A stretch of 64,000 bases of DNA, taken from a virus (lineage: Duplodnaviria > Caudoviricetes). Shown here piece after piece: positions 58,440 to 64,000 of the stretch (the stretch's first letter is position 1; the number at the start of each line of letters is the position of its first letter). The stretch spans positions 1 through 64,000 of IMG/VR virus record IMGVR_UViG_3300014202_000529; one strand, given 5' to 3'. The notes beneath the pieces were generated by a model that had not been told where the DNA came from, did no database searches, and saw nothing but the letters and a program-made list of their open reading frames with translations. Both the position numbers and the translations under genes were made by a program.

Positions 58440-58468
58440 ATTCTAACACACCATCGGGAACATGTCAA
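58440..58468 (-). promoter_or_regulatory. sigma70-type promoter
   Basis: TTGACA-17-TAGAAT with TGTG extended -10. Confidence 0.78.
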
Positions 58469-58477
58469 CTACTAATT

Positions 58478-58566
58478 TGGTCCACCCGTTAGGAATCGAA
58501 CCTAAACGAGGCTCCAATCTAGAGCGAGGGGTTTATAAGACCCCCTTGCCTCCAAGGCGCGGGTGG
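58478..58566 (-). tRNA. tRNA-Ile(TAT) with long variable arm and minimal D arm
   Basis: GGGGT-CTTATAA-ACCCC; V arm GCTCTA/TGGAGC; canonical T arm; CCA. Confidence 0.8.
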
Positions 58567-58576
58567 ATATTTTATT

Positions 58577-58652
58577 TGGTGCCTGTGGTAGGATTTGAAC
58601 CTACACTTGACGGCTTCTAAGACCGTTGACTCTGCCGTTGGTCTACACAGGC
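58577..58652 (-). tRNA. tRNA-Leu(TAG), no long variable arm
   Basis: ACGGT-CTTAGAA-GCCGT; CCA. Confidence 0.9.
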
Positions 58653-58657
58653 GATAT

Positions 58658-59116
58658 TTAAAATTTCTTACTGACTTCATTTGAAAGGGGACTCAAGTTT
58701 CCCTTTGCATCCTTCGCTTTCAGTGCAAAGTAATATGTAGCACCTTTCAAGATCCCTGTCAACTTCAATTCTGTTACTAACCCAATTTCAATTGGTGTCT
58801 GATACTTTCCCGGCTCCAGACCCCAATACACCAGATACCCACTTGTTACCCCATCAACCGGTGGAGCCCATGTTAATGTTGCTTCCCCCATAATCACTAC
58901 AGGTGGGGTTGCTGCTGCGATTTCAGCAAGCATTGCATCTTTACCACCAGGATTCGACCATGATTTACCTACAAACTTACCAGAGTGGCATTCATATACA
59001 TTCGACTTATTGTTGTTATGACACCCATATGAATCCAATGCACCAGCATGTGGAAACGCTGAGGAGGCACTAAGGAATAAGAACAATGTGGCAACCACAC
59101 TCACTATAATATTCAT
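58658..59116 (-). CDS. exported YHYH-like plus fibronectin type III protein
   Basis: Signal peptide; H.G.LD.YGCH...Y.CH; TLTW.P, GY.VYWG, TYYFA..A.D..GN.S..S motifs. Confidence 0.8.
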   Translation of the reverse strand: MNIIVSVVATLFLFLSASSAFPHAGALDSYGCHNNNKSNVYECHSGKFVGKSWSNPGGKDAMLAEIAAATPPVVIMGEATLTWAPPVDGVTSGYLVYWGLEPGKYQTPIEIGLVTELKLTGILKGATYYFALKAKDAKGNLSPLSNEVSKKF

Positions 59117-59130
59117 ACATCCTCCGGTTA

Positions 59131-59204
59131 TGGTGGCGGTAGAAGGAGTTGCACCTTCTCAGTACGACTTATGAAATCGTCTGGCTGCGCTTGTGCTTAC
59201 CGCC
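59131..59204 (-). tRNA. tRNA-Met(CAT), elongator-type (Ile2 not excluded)
   Basis: ACGAT-TTCATAA-GTCGT; G1-C72; irregular D arm; CCA. Confidence 0.75.
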
Positions 59205-59210
59205 TTTATA

Positions 59211-59286
59211 TGGTAGCGGGTTAACGAGTTGCACGTTAAACTCAAGGTTATGAGCCTTGACGGGTCGCTGTCCCCTTCCACCCGCA
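59211..59286 (-). tRNA. tRNA-Met(CAT), initiator-like
   Basis: 1:72 mismatch; CAAGG-CTCATAA-CCTTG; CCA. Confidence 0.8.
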
Positions 59287-59300
59287 AATTTTAAAACTGA

Positions 59301-59416
59301 GAGGCCGTGCTTCCGTTACACCACATTCCTACGTTACCGATCTTACTGGTGGCCATCCAGGAGTCTTAATTCATGATCGGTGTTCAGAACAATCGGATTT
59401 GAACCGTTCCTGCCCC
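59301..59416 (-). ncRNA. circularly permuted tRNA-like RNA B
   Basis: GGGGC-AGGA-ACGG TTCAAAT CCGA-TTGTTCT...GGAATG-TG-GTGT AACGGAA GCAC-G-GCCTC. Confidence 0.68.
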
Positions 59417-59420
59417 GTTA

Positions 59421-59497
59421 TGGTGCCTCTGGTAGGACTCGAACCTACACTAAACAGGCTCTCGACCTGCCGACTCTGCCAATTGGTCTACAGAGGC
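59421..59497 (-). tRNA. tRNA-Leu(GAG), no long variable arm, C33
   Basis: GCAGG-TCGAGAG-CCTGT; CCA. Confidence 0.85.
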
Positions 59498-59501
59498 GAA
59501 A

Positions 59502-59579
59502 TGGTCTGGGCGGCAGGATTTGAACCTGCGATTTCTCGCCTCCAAAGCGAGAGGAGTGGCCGGACTCTCCTACACCCAG
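59502..59579 (-). tRNA. tRNA-Pro(TGG)
   Basis: CTCGC-TTTGGAG-GCGAG; A37; CCA. Confidence 0.9.
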
Positions 59580-59587
59580 ATATATTT

Positions 59588-59662
59588 TGGCGCTCCTTGT
59601 GGGTATCGATCCCACTTCATATGCTTGAAAGGCATATATCCTAGCCAGTAGACGAAAGGAGC
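59588..59662 (-). tRNA. tRNA-Glu(TTC)
   Basis: TATGC-CTTTCAA-GCATA; CCA. Confidence 0.92.
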
Positions 59663-59670
59663 AAAAATTT

Positions 59671-59744
59671 TGGTGGACCTTGACGGTAACCCTCCGTCCC
59701 CGCCCGGGTGCAAACCGGGAATGCTCGTTCAACACCTAAGGCCC
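59671..59744 (-). tRNA. tRNA-Ala(TGC), divergent copy
   Basis: G3-U70; CCCGG-TTTGCAC-CCGGG; T-loop AGGGTTA; CCA. Confidence 0.8.
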
Positions 59745-59747
59745 AAT

Positions 59748-60005
59748 ACCCACCATTTAACCTCCACGAAGCAGGAGGCACCATCTTTCTGGGGTCCATA
59801 AGGAGAGTCCCAGAAATTAAGCTGGTGGACTTACTTACCGTCTAAGGGTATCTAGTGAACCAATCTAGCCCTTTATCGGCTACGGAGCGATCCACAACCC
59901 CTAGACTACCTCTATCTATGTAACCCCCGCACCACGTCTTTGAAGCCGATCCAATCCAATTTAACGGCGCGAGCGACTTCCTCTAACAATGATACTGAGG
60001 GGTCC
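59748..60005 (-). ncRNA. about 260-nt structured RNA, unknown function
   Basis: ATCGGCT/AGCCGAT, TTTCTGGG/CCCAGAAA, GCCTCC/GGAGGT and CACCA/TGGTG stems. Confidence 0.5.
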
Positions 60006-60079
60006 TGGGGTGATCGGTGGGTAATGCTCCCACTTTTCCTGGGCCACAACCAGGCGCATTTCTTTTATGCTACGACCAC
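60006..60079 (-). tRNA. tRNA-His(GTG)
   Basis: CCTGG-TTGTGGC-CCAGG; C73; -1 position is T; CCA. Confidence 0.85.
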
Positions 60080-60084
60080 AACTG

Positions 60085-60275
60085 ATCCACTATTTTTCAA
60101 GTGGAAATTGTTACCCCTTTACCCCACCGTGCGTAATGAGAACCACCGCAACAAAGGCAGTGGAAGAGATAACTCCATCGATCCGGGTCTCATGGAGCCG
60201 GAAATTGCGGGCATTTGATGGGTAGCGCCCTACTACCTTAGTGCAGTCTTCCTCTTGCGGAGTAGTTTCTGCCAC
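60085..60275 (-). ncRNA. about 190-nt tandem-pseudoknot RNA, unknown function
   Basis: GCAG/CTGC with CTAC/GTAG; GGTAG/CTACC with GGGC/GCCC; TCCGG/CCGGA with CTCCAT/ATGGAG; CCACTGC/GCGGTGG; TCCACT/AGTGGA. Confidence 0.5.
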
Positions 60276-60276
60276 A

Positions 60277-60352
60277 TGGAGCCGCCAACTGGACTTGCAC
60301 CAGCCTATTCCTGCTTACAAGACAGGCGATCAACTATCTGACCCATAGCGGC
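60277..60352 (-). tRNA. tRNA-Thr(TGT)
   Basis: CCTGT-CTTGTAA-GCAGG; CCA. Confidence 0.88.
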
Positions 60353-60405
60353 ATATCTCTTTTAACACATAAACCAACAGTATCGTCATTGACGCATAGA
60401 CCAGT

Positions 60406-60505
60406 GTATTGGGTGCAGGATTTCTGGGATGGTGTGCCCAAAGCCTACCTGCGCTTCTCACGGTGCACCTACTGAGTGTGCTTGGTGTTTACACTAACCC
60501 AATAC
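60406..60505 (-). ncRNA. multibranch RNA immediately 3' of the HNH gene
   Basis: 9-bp closing stem GTATTGGGT/ACCCAATAC enclosing CTCA/TGAG and GCAGG/CCTGC arms. Confidence 0.5.
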
Positions 60506-60513
60506 CCCGTTTC

Positions 60514-61038
60514 CTATTTCAATTCGACATTCCAGTACAAGTAATCTGCCCATGTTTCTGGCATCTTGCGCAATCCCAACGTCACTGTTACCACTTGGGA
60601 CCATACTGGTTGCTTAGGTTTCTTGAGCAACTTCATTCCTGCTTGCTCTGGTGTCCTACCCTCTTTCTTAGAGTTACATGGGACACATGCCGTTACAATG
60701 TTCTCCCAAGTCTTCGTTCCACCCTGAGCAACCGGTTTCACGTGGTCAAATGTCAACTCTTCTGATTCAAACTTTTGAGCACAGTACTGGCAATGAAAAC
60801 CGTCCCTAGTGAAAATGTTCAAACGAGTAAATTTCACTGGTGCTTTTCTGCGAAAACGAACCGGAACCAACATCCTCAACACCGAAGGAATCTTCATGCT
60901 AAACGAAATAGAATGGATTTCCTCTTCGTGCTCTTCAATAACTTCTACTTTACCAGTCCAGAGCAAAGTGATTGCTCGCTGCCAATTGACAACTTGTAGA
61001 GGTTCATATGAGCTGTTCAAGAGCAATGTCATATGCAT
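60514..61038 (-). CDS. HNH endonuclease
   Basis: LLLN.SYEPL, R.NIF.RD...CQYC, LT.DHV.P...GG..TWEN.VTAC..CN..K..RTP motifs. Confidence 0.92.
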   Translation of the reverse strand: MHMTLLLNSSYEPLQVVNWQRAITLLWTGKVEVIEEHEEEIHSISFSMKIPSVLRMLVPVRFRRKAPVKFTRLNIFTRDGFHCQYCAQKFESEELTFDHVKPVAQGGTKTWENIVTACVPCNSKKEGRTPEQAGMKLLKKPKQPVWSQVVTVTLGLRKMPETWADYLYWNVELK

Positions 61039-61062
61039 GATAACCACCCTCCAGTTTCCACT

Positions 61063-61091
61063 ACTCTAACACACCACAATTCACTTGTCAA
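61063..61091 (-). promoter_or_regulatory. sigma70-type promoter
   Basis: TTGACA-17-TAGAGT with TGTG extended -10. Confidence 0.7.
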
Positions 61092-61099
61092 CTAGTATT

Positions 61100-61173
61100 T
61101 GGCATGGGATGCAGGAGTCGAACCTGCGCCGGCTGTTTTGGAGACAGCAATGCTACCGTAACACTTATCCCAT
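61100..61173 (-). tRNA. tRNA-Trp(CCA)
   Basis: GCTGT-CTCCAAA-ACAGC; G73; CCA. Confidence 0.93.
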
Positions 61174-61178
61174 ATATT

Positions 61179-61252
61179 TGGTACGCCTCCACAGAATTGC
61201 ACTGTGATCTCCCGCTAATCAGGCGAGGGTACTGCTGTTGTACGAGAGGCGT
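61179..61252 (-). tRNA. tRNA-Ile(GAT)
   Basis: CTCGC-CTGATTA-GCGGG; T37; CCA. Confidence 0.85.
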
Positions 61253-61261
61253 ATTAAATTT

Positions 61262-61336
61262 TGGTGGAGGCTGGCGGTTCTGCCCCGCCGACTTCTCGGT
61301 GCAAGCGAGATGGTTTCCTAATTAGCCTAAGCCCCC
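61262..61336 (-). tRNA. tRNA-Ala(TGC)
   Basis: G3-U70; TCTCG-CTTGCAC-CGAGA; T-loop GGCAGAA; CCA. Confidence 0.88.
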
Positions 61337-61374
61337 AAAAAACAAAAAGCCGAAGGGTGTCTCTCCCCTCGGCT
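61337..61374 (-). terminator. intrinsic terminator abutting the first tRNA (attenuator)
   Basis: AGCCGAGGGG-AGAGACA-CCCTTCGGCT followed by TTTTGTTTTTT. Confidence 0.85.
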
Positions 61375-61387
61375 CCATCTTTCCGTT

Positions 61388-61417
61388 TCCCCAGTAGCAC
61401 TGGGGAGTTGTGCTACC
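61388..61417 (-). promoter_or_regulatory. two mutually exclusive hairpins (putative attenuator switch)
   Basis: GGTAGCAC/GTGCTACT versus TCCCCAGT/ACTGGGGA; CTCCCC is complementary to GGGGAG in the terminator. Confidence 0.6.
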
Positions 61418-61421
61418 GATC

Positions 61422-61529
61422 TTATTTTTTACCTGTTGCTTCATTAATACGGGCGAGTGGTTGCCATCCCATATAAAAGGGTGAATTATGAGTATTGATA
61501 TCTTTTAAACCACCTATAGAACTCTGCAT
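61422..61529 (-). CDS. 35-aa putative leader peptide
   Basis: AAGGAAG before ATG; MQSSIGGLKDINTHNSPFYMGWQPLARINEATGKK*. Confidence 0.6.
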   Translation of the reverse strand: MQSSIGGLKDINTHNSPFYMGWQPLARINEATGKK

Positions 61530-61540
61530 GACTTCCTTAC

Positions 61541-61569
61541 ATGATACTCGAAAATGATTATGATGTCAA
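61541..61569 (-). promoter_or_regulatory. sigma70-type promoter of the leader
   Basis: TTGACA-17-TATCAT. Confidence 0.78.
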
Positions 61570-61592
61570 CAACTATTTAGCAAACTTAAACT

Positions 61593-61600
61593 TATTTATA
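61593..61600 (-). promoter_or_regulatory. T4-type late promoter upstream of the leader
   Basis: Exact TATAAATA; a CTAAATA variant also at 61574-61580. Confidence 0.65.
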
Positions 61601-61606
61601 ATACTT

Positions 61607-61768
61607 TTACTTTTGTGGTACTAACCCATCGAATTGAAAGCCAAAAATCCTCACATACCTGTATATATATGAAGAATTGTACGATGTTTCCCCATACGCA
61701 AAACACCATTTCCTGAAACTATTGCACTGACCCACGCGCACATACCCATCATAATGTAATTTGGTCAT
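61607..61768 (-). CDS. 53-aa hypothetical protein
   Basis: GGGGTG RBS; MTKLHYDGYVRVGQC... Confidence 0.45.
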   Translation of the reverse strand: MTKLHYDGYVRVGQCNSFRKWCFAYGETSYNSSYIYRYVRIFGFQFDGLVPQK

Positions 61769-61799
61769 TTGTCACCCCAATTGTCTTAGTGTGGGATAC

Positions 61800-61829
61800 A
61801 TGATAACACAGAATAGATGAGTATGTCAA
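61800..61829 (-). promoter_or_regulatory. sigma70-type promoter
   Basis: TTGACA-18-TATCAT with TGTG extended -10. Confidence 0.65.
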
Positions 61830-61851
61830 CACCCATTCCAAATACTGATTA

Positions 61852-63093
61852 TTATGCTCGATACTGGACCACTACGCGATGCTGTTCCAAGGTTATTATA
61901 TCAGTTGGTTCAACCACCTTACTGCAGGAGAAATAAACTACCCAATCACTATCAGTGTTGATTGCATGGTTGGTATTGACGTTTGCAGAAGTGCTGCCCC
62001 CATAAAAATTTTGCACTGCGAGGGAACTTATTTGTTGTTGTGTATTTCCACGGTTATAGATGATTCCAGATTGATGGAAGGATATATGATTTGTTGCTGT
62101 GATACTATTGATAATCTGACTAGCAGGGCCCAATGCTCGAATACTTATTATCTTGTTGTTGACTGTTCCCCCCATCGTCCAGGTTGCAAAACACTGGACC
62201 CAACCATTTGGACCCATAGATCCACCCGGCACAGTAACCGTTGCCATCGTTTGGAAACCTGTGGTATTTGACGCCACCACCGGAATGGCACTACTAAACA
62301 CTGCAACAGGTTGGTTGTTTGATAATATTAGTGCCGCATTAGAATGGGCTCTTGCATATTGGTCTGTTGTGTTTGCCACTGCAACTGTGACTACATCTGT
62401 GCTTTGATTTGTGGTGATGCTGATACCATCCCCAGCTACCAATGTCAAAGTGTCTGCATTTGCGTCAGAAACAATATTATTTTGACCTGATACTGAAATA
62501 GTAGAAAAGCTATTGATAGAAGATGAAATGGTTATGGTGTTGTCCGACCCGGACACATCGATACCAGAACCAGGAGAAAGCACAACAACATCTGCATTGC
62601 TCTCTGCGAGCAAGCTTCCCTTATCCTGGATGCCAATAGACGAAAAAGCATTCTGTGCTCTAAGGTTTGCCAAATCAAAAGAAGAATTGGAATGGGCGCG
62701 GGCAAACCCATCCAGTGCTGTTGATGTAACAGTAATGGTGTTGTTCCCCGGATCTGTGGTGATGGAAGTTCCAGTTCCGGGCGTGATTACTAAAGTATCA
62801 GAATTGGATGCAGCAACAATGTTGTTTTGCCCAGACACTTCGATTGTCACAAATGCATCCTGCACTGTGGAATTTGCCTTCTCGAATGCGGCATTTGCTA
62901 CAGTTCTTGCTTCATCATCTGAGTTTCCGTTTGAAATGGTAGTGTTCGCCCCACCAGGTGTTGCTCCATCGCTTAAACGAATAGATCCAGCACCCGGATC
63001 ATAAAACAAATCACCAGGTTGACCAATGAAATTAGTGACTTGCGTTCCACCTAGTTTTTGTACAAGTACTTTATACGTAACGTTGTTCGCCAT
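61852..63093 (-). CDS. fibre-like virion protein with internal repeats
   Basis: GDLFYDP...IRLSDGATPGG N-terminus; repeated F.TI.VSGQNN.V.D...DTLTL..G.G.SITT and D.(F/Y)ARAH.N units. Confidence 0.7.
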   Translation of the reverse strand: MANNVTYKVLVQKLGGTQVTNFIGQPGDLFYDPGAGSIRLSDGATPGGANTTISNGNSDDEARTVANAAFEKANSTVQDAFVTIEVSGQNNIVAASNSDTLVITPGTGTSITTDPGNNTITVTSTALDGFARAHSNSSFDLANLRAQNAFSSIGIQDKGSLLAESNADVVVLSPGSGIDVSGSDNTITISSSINSFSTISVSGQNNIVSDANADTLTLVAGDGISITTNQSTDVVTVAVANTTDQYARAHSNAALILSNNQPVAVFSSAIPVVASNTTGFQTMATVTVPGGSMGPNGWVQCFATWTMGGTVNNKIISIRALGPASQIINSITATNHISFHQSGIIYNRGNTQQQISSLAVQNFYGGSTSANVNTNHAINTDSDWVVYFSCSKVVEPTDIITLEQHRVVVQYRA

Positions 63094-63121
63094 AATACCC
63101 CCAGACACCTTTCACTATAAA

Positions 63122-64000
63122 TTATGCTCCGTATTGTGCTATTACCGAATACTGTTCTAATGTCACTCGTTCAGTTGCAACCGTTTTAGTCACTGCGAAA
63201 TGGATTTCCCAATCATTGTCAGTATTAATTGTATGGCTAAAACCACCTTCTGAAGAAACCGCACCATAGTAAAACTGAGAAACGGGACCACTAATTTGTG
63301 AATTGACATTGCCCCTATTATGTATATCACCAACCATATACAGCGAAATCTGGTTTGTTGCTGAGAGGTTTGTAAGTCTTGTTCCAGTGGAACTAAGTGT
63401 GCGAATGCTAAGGTCCTTAGCCGAGGCACTTGCATCCATTGTCCACAATGAAACACATTGTACCCATCCATTGGGACCCAATAGACCACCAGGTACCGTA
63501 ACAGTAACAAGCGATTGAGCCGTATTTACATTTGCAGCCAGGGTTGACACCGCAGAGTGTGCGACGATCATAGGACCGGTATTTAGTGCCGCAAATGCAC
63601 CATTCGCATGATCTCTTGCAAATTGGTCAATTGTATTTGCTGCCGAAATAGTCAGAGTAGCGTTCGCTGGATCTGTGGTGATGGATATTCCGTTTCCTGT
63701 TGCCAAGGTCAAGGTATCGGCATTTGCATCTGCAACCACATTATTTTGGCCAGAGACCGCAATGGTCGAAAAGCTATTGATCGAAGATCTGATAATGATG
63801 GTATTGTCAGACCCGGACATATCAATACCAGCACCAGGTGAAAGGATCACACTATCTGCATTCGTGGCTGCAGTTACGTTTCCCTTATCTTCCACTGCAA
63901 TGATGCTGAAAACATTTTGCCCCCTGGTATTTGCAAGATTGAATGCAGAATTGACATGAGTTCTTGCGTATGTGTCGTTTGCTGTTGTTGTGATTGTAAG
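63122..64000 (-). CDS. paralogue of 61852..63093 (start outside window)
   Basis: Frame open to the window edge; same repeats and TVTVPGG..GPNGWVQC C-terminal domain. Confidence 0.7.
   Translation of the reverse strand, partial: LTITTTANDTYARTHVNSAFNLANTRGQNVFSIIAVEDKGNVTAATNADSVILSPGAGIDMSGSDNTIIIRSSINSFSTIAVSGQNNVVADANADTLTLATGNGISITTDPANATLTISAANTIDQFARDHANGAFAALNTGPMIVAHSAVSTLAANVNTAQSLVTVTVPGGLLGPNGWVQCVSLWTMDASASAKDLSIRTLSSTGTRLTNLSATNQISLYMVGDIHNRGNVNSQISGPVSQFYYGAVSSEGGFSHTINTDNDWEIHFAVTKTVATERVTLEQYSVIAQYGA

Noticed and set aside
60225-60275. Theta/HDV-like ribozyme 3' of tRNA-Thr(TGT)
   Set aside because: The nested topology and a CTAA segment are suggestive, but the L3 and P1.1 consensus are missing; kept only as an unknown structured RNA.
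49006-61476. Plus-strand ORFs across the tRNA region
   Set aside because: They are translations of reverse-complemented tRNA and ncRNA genes.

Overview
A 64 kb segment of a large T4-like myovirus genome, almost all on the minus strand. (1) 1-30.2 kb is the virion module: four paralogous tail-fibre-like genes, a 2078-aa structural protein, baseplate gp8, gp7, gp6, gp25, PAAR, gp5, hub, gp53 and gp48, then a divergent block of gp4, gp2, gp54, gp26, gp51 and a probable tape measure. (2) 30.3-48.9 kb holds replication, late-transcription and accessory genes: gp32, gp59, gp33, DsbA, SleB-like hydrolase, exonuclease, PhoH, HD hydrolase, TusA, ClpP, GT2, RNase H, RtcB, DNA ligase and a nucleotidyltransferase. 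(3) 49-61.6 kb is an RNA island: 39 CCA-encoding tRNAs for all 20 amino acids, tmRNA, RNase P RNA, an orphan HicB, an HNH gene and several unannotated structured RNAs. (4) 61.8-64 kb has two more paralogous fibre-like genes. Strongest candidates for new biology: a leader-peptide attenuator at the head of the tRNA array, two circularly permuted anticodon-less tRNA mimics, CDS stop codons buried inside tRNA genes, and a probable -1 frameshift joining gp26 to gp51. All family assignments come from motif recognition and synteny and all RNA structures were folded by eye; no searches were run.
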